From assembly GCA_030390025.1 (NCBI GenBank), contig JASTWF010000366.1, forward strand, positions 62,001 to 126,000: a DNA stretch of 64,000 nt, given 5' to 3'. Of the stretch, positions 37,236 to 49,846 are shown one piece after another. The DNA is from Squalus acanthias. Taxonomy: Eukaryota. The translations under genes and the position numbers were made by a program. Under the pieces are notes generated by a model. It did no database searches. It was not told where the DNA came from and worked only from the letters and a program-made list of their open reading frames with translations. Every line of letters begins with the position of its first letter. The stretch's first letter is position 1.

Positions 37236-39084
37236 GTCTGGGAGCAACTGGTCTGAGCAGACCCCTTGCAAGTTAGTACCAAGTCCCTGAGCACGTGCCA
37301 CACCACTCCTTGTAGGCTTTAGGCAACTTTAAAGAAGTCTAGAAAGCACCAAACACTTCTGCAAACTCAGCAACAGCTAGTAGAAATCAATCAGCAACTA
37401 ACCTGTAAGTAGTGATGATCCCTTTAAATAGCACTGGTGGGGGTCATTCCTGCTGCTGAACACATGCTCAGCTGTATGAGTTAGCTCCAGCGTTGAGGTC
37501 GAAAATGGCAGCGCTGGTGTCAAATCAGCGTTACATGCTGATTGACATCACGATCTGCGTTTTCTGCATACTTCCGGCGCACGTTCCCAGCACCGACGCT
37601 AACGCCCTCATCAAAATGGCATCCGACACGGCCCATACCAGAAGTGTGTGCGCACTGCTCAGATGCACCCGTAGAGCCCAAACAATGGGCGCTACGCAAC
37701 CAAATTTTTAGCCCCTAATGTCTGTTTGAGGTGAGACTCTGGACTCCTCTATTTTTGCCTTCACCAATATGGTGGGCGGCGCACTTCCGGCACGTAATGA
37801 GCACGTGCGACCTGTCCGCCATATTAGTTGCTTCATTTTGCGCCTGAAAAATGGCTGTGCGCCATCGAATTTCTAGGCTATAGAATCTGCAAATTAGACA
37901 AGAAAGAGAATCACTGAATGTATATTTATATCTAAACTATTTGCTGTCAAAAAGAAACAAAGATCAGACCTTTCAGGGTACAAGAGCAGCTTTAAATGAT
38001 TCAATTTTTCAAGGTGGTTTCTTTCATCTTTCAGTCCTTCTCATCTTGTTTTGTGTCATTATTGCTCCAACTCTTTTGTATGCTGCCCATCTTTCTCTGG
38101 TTGTCATTATTCAGTGCCCATCAACAGATGAGATATATTTGGTAAAAACCTATCAGGTAGGCTGGACACCAGATAATTGAGGTGATGACTAGTGCGAGCA
38201 AAAGACAATTGATACTGATAGTGTCAGAGGGTATATCTAAAAGGATCTGTACCCTCCATCTCCTTTGCCCTTTTTTTTCTCATAATGGTGGAATATGGAA
38301 TAACTTGGACATATCTGATATATGTCAAACAGTGACACATCTATACATAGCAGCTCCCGAGAAACAGGCTGTGGCAACAGAGATAGCTGTTTCTATTGGT
38401 TTACATTGCAGGAGGTTATTGAATATAAATTAAAGTGATGACCTGACTTTAAATATTTTAAAGGGACACAGCTATCATGTAAAAAAGTGTTTTGGCAAAC
38501 CTTTTTTGTGTGTGTCATTTTCAATTTGATGCGATGTGTTTTAATTTAATTTAGATAATTATGTCACGATATCCTAAATAAAGGTTTATCAATACCTTTT
38601 TATGAGTGTGGTGCCCCTTTGAAGGGAGATGTTATAATGTACTGAAATTGAATTCCTGGAATTATTCTTAAAATGATATAAGTATTTTTTGTGTGTAATT
38701 CCCCCTTTATTACCTCCCCTCTAATTCCCCTAGTGTTCCTCAGTTAGAAGGGCACAATGGATAGGGAGATAGTGAGAGAGGGAAAATTAATCTAACCATT
38801 GTAAGTGTAAACATTGCTTTTCTTTGTCTTCTAATAGGAAATGAGAGTGGAAATGCTCAATGAGTTTGATTTCAAACTTAGGTTTCCGAGTTGTTAGCTT
38901 CCAGAACAAAGCACAATTTTTTTCTTTTGTCCCCCTCCCTCCAATTTTCTGCTCTCTTCTCTCTCAAAGGTCCAGATTCTTACTGGGGTATTGCACCACA
39001 GGAGCTGGGGTGCACTCAGATAATTTACCCACGTGATCATTTATTATGTGTGACCCCAGACAGCGGAGAGAACTGTCAACTTGG

Positions 39085-40140
39085 GAATGCCTATTTTACC
39101 TCCAATAAATGAGCACTAATGCACTGAAAATCACGTCCCAATCTCAAACGCCTGTTTTGCGCACGGAATTCGCCAATCACCATTTTGAATCAGGGTTTCT
39201 TTTAGGTGTCCAGCGTGCCTGCCTAAAATCGACGGGTGCCTATTTAAGCATGCTAATTAGGGTCATGTGCTCTTTTAGAACCCAAAAACCCTTCTCAACA
39301 GCTCTGATGCCAATTCGAAATCACTCACAGAAATCATAGGCGGGAATACCACGGAGGGCGCCATTTCCACTAATATTCATAGGGATCATCCGCTGCTCTC
39401 AGGTAAATCACTGGTTAGTTTATTTGGACTGCTAGTGTTCTGCTTTTGAGCTTTTTCGGACTTTTGTCTCCTGGAATTGACAGTAATTGTTTTGAAAGTA
39501 ATTTGGTAAGTCAGCTACAGAGGGAGACATGGAGCCAGAGGAGCATGAAGGGTTGTCAGACACTGAGGATGATCAGGAAGAGCAAGGCCCAGCCATGCTG
39601 CTAGCTGCAAGAGCTCTTCATCCACAGCTCATTGAGGAGCACGTTGGCTACAAACTTACTATTCACCTGCACCCAACTGTCCCTCCCAACATCAGTGTCA
39701 GTCCTTCCACCATCCTTAGGATTGCCCCAAACACAAGCAATGGTTTTCTGAAAAAACAAACGGCCATCAAATATACATCAAGCAAGCTCTGAACAACAAG
39801 AATTTTGAAAAATAATCTATTTTACAGTTAACTACTGTTCACCCTGGTGCAATCCGCCAGTGTCTGTCCTAAGTGCTCTTCAACTACTCTACTGCTCCTA
39901 CGAGGTGCTCCCCGATTGGCTTCAGTTTGGGAGGTAGAAGGCTGCTGGGCCTCCAATAAGGGCACTTCAGATGGCCGTGGTCGGTGACCTCGAGGAGCTC
40001 AGGCCTGGCTGGTGGCTCTCGACACCTCGGCTGCTGCTGGGGCAGTCTGGCACAGCTGGCTTTACGGCACCAGTACTGGCACTGGACAAGGGTATTTCAG
40101 GGGAGCAGGCAGAGTGTCATCTTGAGAGAGGACATTAGTT
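39085..40140. mobile_element. Second, internally deleted Harbinger remnant (opposite orientation)
   Basis: 39529-39650 encodes an acidic run plus AARALHPQLIEEH (cf. ARAVHDQLI at ~36130-36155). 39860-40140 resembles the reverse complement of the Myb 3' end (cctctctcaagatgac, gccagactgc, gagcacctcgtaggagca; cf. 35636-35885). Confidence 0.65.
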
Positions 40141-40329
40141 TAAACAGATGATTTCATCAGAATTTGAAGGATTTGGAAAAGGCCATTACACCAAAAAACC
40201 CTTTCGATTTTAATGAGACCCCACATACCCACCTTCTCACTATATCCTCAATTCTTTGCTCCTTTAAAAACACATCTAATTCCCTTCTAAATCCAATTAT
40301 AGTGTCTCATTCACTGGACTTCCCTGGTA

Positions 40330-40700
40330 ACTTACCACACTTGTGTAAAAACACATTCTACCTGAGTTCCCTTCTTATTCCGAACTACCCAAAATTTTCA
40401 GTTGTGTCCCCTGGTATTTGAAGCCTTCAACACAGTGAATAATTTGCCTAGACCAGCTACCCTTTATAATCTTGAAAATTTCAATCAGTTCATCTCGAAG
40501 TCTCCTCTTTTCCAAAAGAGAACAAACTCAATTGCCTTTACCTTTCCTCGAGGGTAAGTTCAGTTTCTGAGACCTGTAATCATATTGGTTGCTCACCCCA
40601 TGCTCTCTCAAGAGCAATAATATCCTTCCTATGGTTAGGTGACCAGGACTACACACGGTACTTTCAGATGGGGTCTGACCAATGCCTTACACAACAACAG
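40330..40700 (-). mobile_element. Old CR1 ORF2 3' fragment
   Basis: Minus strand: gcattggtcagaccccatctg.aagtaccgtgtgtagtcctggtcacc (LVRPHLEY..W.P remnant). Confidence 0.65.
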
Positions 40701-41544
40701 TGAGTTCAAATGTTTTGTCTGTGCATCTCTCCCCATTATCCACATTTCACAGAAGTGGGACTCTGCACTAAGCTGATGTTTAATGCTCCAATCGTATGCT
40801 GTGGAGCAGATGATGAAGGATTACCAAAAGCGATTAAAATACAAAATTGAACCTCTCCGAAGCCTAAGACATTAAGGACGAAAGTACTATAACAGAAAAA
40901 AAGAAATTACAAAGTAGTTGTTCATACATCTTGATTTCCTGTGAGAAATATTTTTAACGCAGCCTGTGTCATCAGAGAAAAACGTTACATGTAAGTAAAG
41001 GCGATTTCCACTTTTTTTGTTCCATTGATCGAAAGCATTTCAAAAAGTCAGTGGCCAAACTATAAATAGATTCACTTTTTTCTGCTTTGTTCAGTCAAAT
41101 GCTGATGTGCTGAAGAGCAGTCTAAGTGATGATGAGCCCTCTAAACTGAGTTCTGATGGAGGCTACACCCAAAACGTCATCCTACTTTTCTTTTTTAGAT
41201 GCTGTGTATTCCCAGCATTTTCTGTTTTTACTTTGGAAAATACACATGTGAAGCCCCTCATCGTCAACCTTTGATGAGGCATCAAAGTTATGATGGTCTG
41301 TGGAGTAATAGCTCTGCACCAGTAAGCACCTTCAGGTGAAGAGAGAAGAAAATTGGAGGTGAGGAAAACCCCTCAATGTACAACTGCATTTAAATTCTTG
41401 AATGCTATTGGTACCCAGCTCTACAGCAGCAACGTCAAATCTGTTATTTTTTTAATAACATAATTCAACAAAGTTCAAAGTGAAAATCTGAATGTTAATG
41501 ACATTAGCAGTAGGAAAATGCATTCTACAAAGGGGTGGATATAT

Positions 41545-41686
41545 GGGCCAGGAATTCTCAGAGCTGCTTCTGCTCTACCGCCATAACTCCGTCAGACATG
41601 CGGCGGAATCCCCGTCTACTTGCGTAAACTGTGTTCCCATCGCACTTCCGGCAAAGTGGGAGCAGCTCCAATGAAATTCTCGGCCC
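41545..41686. mobile_element. Palindromic MITE
   Basis: gggccaggaatt..cagagctgcttc ... ggagcagctcc.atgaaattctcggccc; CpG-rich relative to the flanks. Confidence 0.7.
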
Positions 41687-41825
41687 ATGGTGAAGATACA
41701 AATGTGAATTTTGTGAGTGAGTGCACTAGGGATGACAACACTGTGACACCAATCACAACACTGCCATTATCTCAATCTTTCGGTCCTGAAATCTCAAGCA
41801 TGCCAGATGGTGTTTGAAATACCGA

Positions 41826-42030
41826 CAACTTGCATTTAGATAGCACCTTTAATGTAGTGAAACGTCCCAAGGCGCTTCACAGGAGCATAATCAGACAAAA
41901 ATTGAAACCGAGCCAAAGAAGGAGACATTAATACAGGTGATCAAAAGCTTGGTCAAAGAGGTAGGTTTTAAAAGGAGCGTCTTAAAGGAGGAGAGCGAGG
42001 TAGAGAGGTTTAGGGACTGAATTTCAGAGC
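41826..42030 (-). mobile_element. L2-clade LINE 3' end
   Basis: Minus strand: gctctgaaattc..ccctaaacctctc..tttaagacgctcctt..aaaacctacctctttgaccaagctttt (WNSLP..FK.LLKTYLF remnant), and a tail shared with the Deu-SINE. Confidence 0.8.
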
Positions 42031-42254
42031 AATAATTGGAATTCTAATTCTGAAATTCTTACAGAACAATTTGAAAGCAATTGTCAGACAAACAAACAAA
42101 AAGGTTTGCCAAACCCTCAGTTACGATGACACAATTTGCTGTGCTGCAAAGATTTGTCTCATGTCTCTTGTGCATAATATCAGTGTAACAGAAATAATGT
42201 GCGGTTGTATAGCTGTCTTTCCTCATCCAGAACTCTACCTGGACCAAGTCTTCC

Positions 42255-42718
42255 TCGTCTATAACCAGCATCCTTACTGACTTCCACTGATTCCCCTTTT
42301 CCCAGTGTATTGATTCCAAAATGTCATCCTCACCTTCAAATCCTTCCATGATCTTGTTCCATCCCTTACCTCTACGTCCCAGCTCATACCCTCTGCTCTT
42401 ATGATTTGGATAAACTGTGAATTTCCCTCTCTTTCTGTCCCATTGGTTGCATGGATTTCAACTGTCGTGTGCTGCTCTCTGAAATTCCCTTTCCACACCC
42501 CTCCACCTTTCTACACCTCTCTCCACTTTCAGAAGCCTCCTCAAAAGTTACCAGTTCACTACACTTCTCCTAATCCCCAGCTCCTGCACAGTGGCCAATC
42601 CTGCCCCCCACCACCCCACCCCACCCCACCCCAACCAACACCACCTTCCCCTTTGAAACACCTTAGGATGTTTTGATTCATTAAAGGTGTTGTATAAGAG
42701 CAAGTTGTTGTTGTTGCT
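42255..42718 (+). mobile_element. Old L2 3' end
   Basis: LH.LP....I.FK..L.FKSLH remnant and tail ttaaaggtgttgtataa.agcaagttgttgttg. Confidence 0.6.
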
Positions 42719-44819
42719 TTGATTAAAATGAGTGAGACAGATCACAAATCCATTTAATCAATATTGCTTGTGTTCATTTTTGGGAGAGAGATGCATTAAA
42801 ATGGGCTACCTTATTAAACCAAAATGAGTAAGTTTCACTCTAAATCCACTCATTTTATCAAAGAAACCTTGTCACTCTTTTATGCAAGTCATCTACTGGG
42901 TGAGCATGAGCGATATCAAGTAACTGCATTAATTTACTCTGTTTTAAGCAAATATAGTCACCATAGACAGAGCGTAACATGAATGAGATTCTTCACTGGG
43001 GTAGGAGACTCCAACTTGTGTATTAGTTTAGGACTGAATCATTCTTTTGCTGTCAGGGGTTGTAGACATACTATTCTGCAGAACATGAAGCACTTTTGTT
43101 TCCTTTATTATTTTTTCCATTTATTGGGTTACATGGGAGGAGGATAGTTTGAATTATATTAGAACATTTGTTCTACACTTTGCTTACAGGATGGGCTGGA
43201 CCTCACAAGAACACAAGAATTATTAGGAACAGGAAAAGGCCTTTAGGTCCAACAGGCCATGCCTTTTGATAAATTACCACCATCAGCCCACCTTCCCATC
43301 ATATCCCTCAATCTTTTTTTCTCTTTAGAAACACATCTAATTGTCTGTCAAATCTTATATTTATACCATTGGATGTTTCTCTTTGTAATTTGTCAAAAAG
43401 TGAAAAATAATTTCTCTATAAATATATATATATATTAATTAAGACTTTGGCTGCAAGAGTCAAGCAAAGAGTGTTTGCTCAAAATGTTTCCTCTACTACA
43501 TCAATTGCCATCAAGCCAGGCGCCCAGCCTCTGACCTAGAGGCACGGTTACTAGTACTGTCAGCAGGATCTGCAGGCCAAGGTAACATTCTGCAAAGAAA
43601 GCAGCTGACTTTATAAAAAAAATATATTCCTCTTGAGAGCTTTGTTTCATCAGGTCATTTGCAGATATATAAAAAAGGTCCTGTCTCTCTGGTCCTGTGT
43701 TCTGACCCAAAATGTCACCTGTACTCTGACCATTGACCTTATCTGCATATTCAGACCCAGGGTGGTTCAGTGGATCAAATGATTTTCCTCCCCTTTCAGT
43801 GCTCTGTTTTCCTACTGAGCTGATTGCAAATGACAATATTATAAGGAGCTTAATGAAGATCCCACAAACAATTTGCACCTTGGATTTACAGACCTAATAT
43901 CTTCCGAAGTTCCCAGGGCTGCTGACACCACACTTTAGGAATGCTGTCCAATCTGCTTTCCTCTCTGGGGTAAGGGTTTGGCTTCATCCACGTGATTTTC
44001 AGCTCACCAGAATGATTCCGTTTGCTGCATTCCGGAGGAAGCTTGTCGTCTGATGGAGATTCTTCTCTCAGCTCTAGCATCCAACCTCTCTCTATCTTTC
44101 CCATTGCATCCTGTCTTACCTTTCTCTATTTTATCTATGCCAATATGGACATTGCTGCTCTGAATTTTCCTCTCCTGTTCCTCTTAAACCCTAAATAAGC
44201 TGCCCTATATGCTCTTCCACCTACCTGTATACCGCTGTATTAAAATTAAGACTCATCACTCTGCCTCATAGTCTAACTGATTCTTTCCCAAGACTTTGAT
44301 ACATTAAACTCCTTGCCTCCTCCTTTTTTCTACGTTCCATACAATTTTAAAATCCAAGCTTAGCATCATCTAACCGCTTCTTCTTGATTTATGTTGTGTT
44401 GGCTCCTACCCTTTTCAATCGAGGCAGATCCCTGCATGTTTGGCCTTGGCGCTTTCTCTAGGATATTTCAGTTTTAAAAAATGAACTCTAATTTGTGATC
44501 TCCATCCAGAGCCAGTGTTATCACAACAGTGCCATATTCCTGTTATTACCCTGAGCAGGTGAATGTTGCATTAAGAACACAACAATTATTAGAAACAGGA
44601 AAGGCCATAAGGCTCATCAAGACAATCTTTTTTACATAGATCTCATTGCCTCTGACTGTCTCATACATGCCAACCATCCACGTTTCATAATAAAACAGAA
44701 AATGTTAAATAAAATTGGTAAAACTCAAAATAAAATCATAAAGTTATTCTTATCTCTCCAAATTCACATATAGAAAGCAAGTGGTAAAATGTAAGATGCT
44801 AACTTCCACCCCCACCCCC

Positions 44820-45200
44820 CGACTTTTTCTATTGAAGGTGCTGAGGTACTGTACCATGGGGACTGGGTAGCCCAACCAGCCATTCTTCACAATTTAGTGT
44901 GGGCAAGCTATTCACCTGTGGGGGCATCACGACTGAACCCAATGCTGTCCTCATTCAATATCCACACATTTGTACTTTACAGCAGTGCTCACTGGATAGC
45001 AATCAGGAGCAAGAACACTGGATGAAATTTTTATCTTCCATCGCCCAGAGGTACTGAGGTCAGTTGTAGAGTCCCCTCCTCTCTGCATGCTGCCCTTGCT
45101 AAGATCAGCTAATTCAACACAGCCAAGGCCTTGAGCATGGAGCCTTCCTGATCTATATGGCTCGGTAACACACCAGATGGTGCATTTACCCACTGAGCCA
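44820..45200 (-). mobile_element. Old tRNA SINE family 'S'
   Basis: ggggcatcac, ggatagcaatcaggag, gagccttcctgatctatatggctc, cccactgagcca. Confidence 0.75.
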
Positions 45201-48047
45201 GGTCATTTTCTAATTTAAATTGAAAGAAAAAATCCTAACTAGCTAAAAGAAAGAGCAGCTCTTCCTTTCATATTATCTGATTCTTGTCTATTTATTCAGT
45301 AGATTTTAAACATGATGTAATTGGAATGTTTTACATTGACGTTACCAGAGAAATATCAGCATTTACCCTGTAGCCACAATCTCGCTATGCTATTTCTGAA
45401 ATGCAACTCTGATGATTTTTCTTTATTTAGATGATCCTTTTGTCTCTGCCCTTTCTGAAATTGATTTTAAAAATATCGTGCAGTTGGGAAGTACAATTTC
45501 TTTTTTTAATTTTTGAATGAAAACGAACTGAATGATTCATTCATTTTAACAAAAAGATCATTGACCATGTCTTGGTCTTTGTAGATACTAATTCCAACTA
45601 AAAGCAGCCTCAGTCCTGATACATACACTGGCAGGAGATTCCAGCTGGAATCTGAGTTGTTTCAATGCTGTCAGAAATCATTGACAACCTTTCTGAATAA
45701 AAGATGTAGCTTGCATTTTACAACTATATCTTAAAAGTTGTTCTTGCCACATGTAATATATCACTCTGTGGGCACGTGGGGAGGGGGAGGAAACTAGGTT
45801 CCATTTCAGTCCAATGGAAACCAAACAGTTTTTATTAAACCGATTTAAGATCATTGGCTCAGGTTAACGTTCGCGGGCTTCCAGATTGCACAGGAATTTC
45901 TGAATGCATATGGAAATGCTGGTTAAAATTTGCCCAGGTGGGGAGATGTCCATCCCCCCCCCCCACACCCCCTCCCATCCCGTCCCCCCATACGCATGCA
46001 TACGCACCCCTCAGTGCCAATCAGTCCTGCCTCAATGGATGCAACTCTCCAATTTGAGCAATGGTCAGTCTGTCTGGAAGCGTTTTTTTTAAATGTTAAT
46101 TATCCATGAATGATAACTAGCTATGAAACATTTATTATTGTTTAACAAAATAACAACAACAACTAAAAGCACCAGAAACAACAAATATAGCACCACAGTT
46201 TCAATGCCAATTTAGGCTGCATTTAGTTTTTTTTGGCAGTACACACAAAAGATGTTTAAAGCTACACAAAAAGACTTTCGTTAATGGACTGAGTAAGAGC
46301 TATGAGCCCTACAGTAGTCAAGGGGTTAAAGTTTCCCACCATGCCTCTTTCTCAATTTATAAAATTGAAATTCTTCCATAAATCAAAAGTTACAAACAGA
46401 CTTTGCAACGTCATAACTCTTGTGAAGACTCACTCTTTGATTGATTCCTGTACACACATTTCCTCCTATTACCATAATGCGTTCTTGCGGCACAATTCGA
46501 AAAGAGTGAGAGAGGAGCAACTCACACAAGTAAATAACAAATGGCCTCAGCTCCTCCTCATCTGGAGTGATTGTGGTACAATGTTCCATCATATCAACAG
46601 CAAAAGAGAGTCTTAGGGTTTGGGCAATCAATTACAAATATGTGTAGAGGCAGACACAATCATTTCCCTGATTGTCACCAGTCGCAGCTTTTGACACAGC
46701 AAAGTGATCCATCAGTCTATTTTCACTGACACACACAGAGAAAGATGGCCAGTTCTTGCGGACCAGCAGGCTCCTGGATTGGCTGATGCTATCTTTTCCT
46801 AATCTAACCAACCATGGTGTATAACCTCATTTCAATTATATTTTTAATGCATTTCATTGGTTAGTTGGAGTAGTTTTCGACAATATTCTACAACTGTTTG
46901 TTTGCCTTTTTACAAGTTTAAAAAAAATGGGAGAAGGGTTTTGAAAAGGAAGCTTAAGTCTGTGTGTTCTAAAATTAACATTACAGCATAAATCTTCCTC
47001 TTTTTTTGATTTTCTAGTACTAATACTTAAACCAGCAGCAAGAGCAATATATTCTATCCAATCCTCATTGTCAAGGTAATGGCTAACCCTGTTTAAAGAA
47101 ATGGACGTGGTCTTGCACTTAATTTTACTCCAATTGTATGTAAACTAGCTAATCCATCAAAGGTTCAATCTCATAGCCAAACAAAATAAGAAAGGAGAAT
47201 TCTTGTACATTTCAGTACATCTCAAGAGCACATTAATCTTTAAGTGATCGTGGCTCCCCCTCCCCATACAACTCAACAGTGAGATTAAAAAATAAAAGCA
47301 TTTTTAGAAGCCTTTCAGACTTTTCTTGATAAGGCATTTCTGTATTCTGTGATGTGACTGTCGAACTGTTGGACTTTGAGGGTGTAAACAAGCAGTCCCA
47401 ATGCAATCTTTTCTACAGACCCATGGGGATTTAGCTGTGAGAAGAAAATATTACTAGTTGTATGGGAGGGTCAACTAACCTTGTCCCTGCAATTCAGCCG
47501 CATTGTACTGAAAAAAAATTAGAAACATATCACTGCATTTGGAAAGTTTCAAGTGATGTTGTATTGACATTTATGACATGCTGTAAAGAAGTGGTTGGAG
47601 ATTTATCTACCACCTTATTTCTGAATGTATAGAGTCACATCAAGGATACTTGAGCACAATTCCGGCTACTTTGCTCATTCATACTGGATCCAAGTTGTAC
47701 AGTGCAGACTGGGAGACATTTAAGGTTTTCCTTTCTTCCTGTAGATATAAACTTAAAAGGTGTGCACCCTCTGAATGATTATTTTAGTGAGCGAACTGCC
47801 CAGTATGGTTTTGAATCAAATAAACGGGGAAGGTTCAGGATGAAATCCCTGATAGGTGCTCAGTTAGCTGATATGGTGTGTATGCAAAATGTAACTTCAG
47901 TGTCCCTGGACTACAGAGGGTAAAAAAATAGGTGCGGATTCCCACTTCTGATCCAGTGATGCCTACTGGAAAATGTAGCGGTGTGGATGAGGATAGGATT
48001 GGGTTGTGCTGTGATGCCGCCCCAGCATATAGCCATCTAGAACTCAC

Positions 48048-48161
48048 AGGGGTGAAAATCTCTTGAAGCCAATGGAAAAGAAAATCGGGCAGAGTGTAAA
48101 AACAGGCTGCCGATTTGCTAACGTCTATTTTGCGCTGCCGCCCAAGGTGCATTTAATCCCC
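48048..48161. mobile_element. Partial palindromic MITE nested in a family 'S' SINE (47840-48250)
   Basis: caatggaaaagaaaatcgggc...gtaaaaacaggc..ccgat...ccgcccaag; cf. 22849-23035. Confidence 0.55.
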
Positions 48162-48544
48162 ATAATCTACGTTCACATATGATCAATGGACACTGAGGCA
48201 AGCTACCAGAGGGAAGCCGGTTTTTGTAGAATTGTACCCCAGCAAGAAATAAAAACTGAAAATGCACACAAGGTCCATCAGTATCTGTAGAGACAAGATA
48301 GATGAATATTTTGGGGGCAGACCCTTCATCAGAACATTGATGTTCTACATCCCTAGGGTTCTGACACAGATGGTCCAGTTATAATGATAGCAGCTATTCA
48401 ATCAGTTGTGAGTGCCAAGCATCAAAGGTGAAAGGTTAAAACATGTGGTACATGGTGTACCAATGTGCAGTCAAACAGAGGGGTGGGAAGGATCAGCCTC
48501 TAACCTTGCTGAGTTTATATTCTCAGCCATGCCATTGTGGGAGT

Positions 48545-49250
48545 AAAATTATGAAGTTAGGGGTAAGAAGGGAAGTCAGGCAAAACTTTTCTAAACAATA
48601 GGTCATAGATTTATAGAATAAGTTACCAGGGAATGCCATTGCAGTGTAAATGGGTTTGAGAAACAATTAAATGTGTTTCTGGAGAGGAGATAGATTGAAG
48701 GATATGGTGATAAGATGGATAGGTAGTGCTGATATTTCAGAAAGGAACATGTTCGTTGGCCTTAAAGGGTTTTCCTGTTTTTGAAGATTCTAATGTTCTT
48801 ATGACCACTTTCCATCATGGGTCATTTGGAACAGGAATTCTGATCGATTATTTTCTCCCTTACATTGAAAAATGACTAGGATAAGCCGGGGACTTAAAAC
48901 TTAAAAGTTATAAGGATAGACTGAAGAAACTGAATTTATTTTCACTCGAGAATAGAGGATGGAGAGGTGACACGATTCAAGTCTTTAAAATGAAAATAAG
49001 AATGGTTGATGTAAGTCATTCTGCTACTTCAATTGTGGTTTCAAGACCAGAGGACAGAGATTGAAGATAGTCAAACCACTAGTGAGGCTAGAGATTCATA
49101 GGAATTTGTTCTCAGAGTGAGTGATGTGTGGAATGGACTTCCATCAGAGGTAGTTAGTGTTAATTCATTGAGCTCCTTTAAAAAGAAGTTGGATGATTAT
49201 CTGGAAGAGATTGGGATTGAAGGTTAAAGGGATAGATGTAGGCCAAAGTG
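48545..49250 (+). mobile_element. Two adjacent old CR1 3' fragments
   Basis: First ends with a ttctaatgttcttatg tail at ~48803. Second has Y.DRL..L.LFSLE.R..RGD.I.VFK and WNGLP remnants. Confidence 0.65.
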
Positions 49251-49399
49251 ATTAAATAGTTATGGTACACTTTGTGGTATGTTATTCAGTACATGGCAAG
49301 ACTGCGTGGAATAAATTTGTGTTTTGGCTTTTTTGGAAATGTTTCTGAGTATAATTCACCAATTTTAGATTGGGTTAGGTTAAGAGAGGACGTCAAGCA

Positions 49400-49572
49400 A
49401 CACCATCAAAAACAGACTATCTGGTAATTTATCTCATTGCTGTTTGTGGGACTTTGCTCTGTGCAATATTGGATGCATTTCCCTACATTACAACAGTGAC
49501 TACATTTCAAAAGTATTTCATTGGCTGTGAAGCGCTTTGGAATATCCTGAGGGCATGAAAGGCGTTATATAG
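49400..49572 (+). mobile_element. Deu-SINE 3' part
   Basis: cattgctgtttgtggga...tacaacagtgactac..ttcaaaagta.ttcattggctgt..agcgctttgg. Confidence 0.85.
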
Positions 49573-49846
49573 AATCATAGAAATTTATGGCACAGAAGGA
49601 GGCCGCAAGATCTTACCCCTTTTTCTTTGCCCCTCAAATGTAGTTGTGGCTGATTTTTCCCACATTGGTGAGAAAAGGTTTAAGAGGCTGAATGACCTTT
49701 TTCCCATTCCATGATTTTTTACATTCTGATGTTCCTGGTCTGTGTGGCTCAGTACCACATGGCAGTGTATTGGCAACCAATTTTTAACTTGAAATATTAC
49801 ATATTTGGACATGTCTCTGTACAAAAATGTTATGCAGTGTTTAGAT

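Larger units (their letters stand above)
32730..37715. mobile_element. PIF/Harbinger DNA transposon with convergent Myb/SANT and DDE transposase genes, decayed
   Basis: Two-gene architecture. The right TIR caaatttttagcccc ends at 37715 and is followed by TAA. The left end is uncertain: a degenerate gcttagaaattggtttgc lies at ~32732. Confidence 0.85.

Noticed and set aside
43501..44460. Host exon(s) in minus-strand ORFs 43501..43878 and 43886..44104
   Set aside because: No recognisable domain or clear splice pair. A faint VHIG-like remnant suggests a very old CR1 ORF1 esterase, too weak to call.
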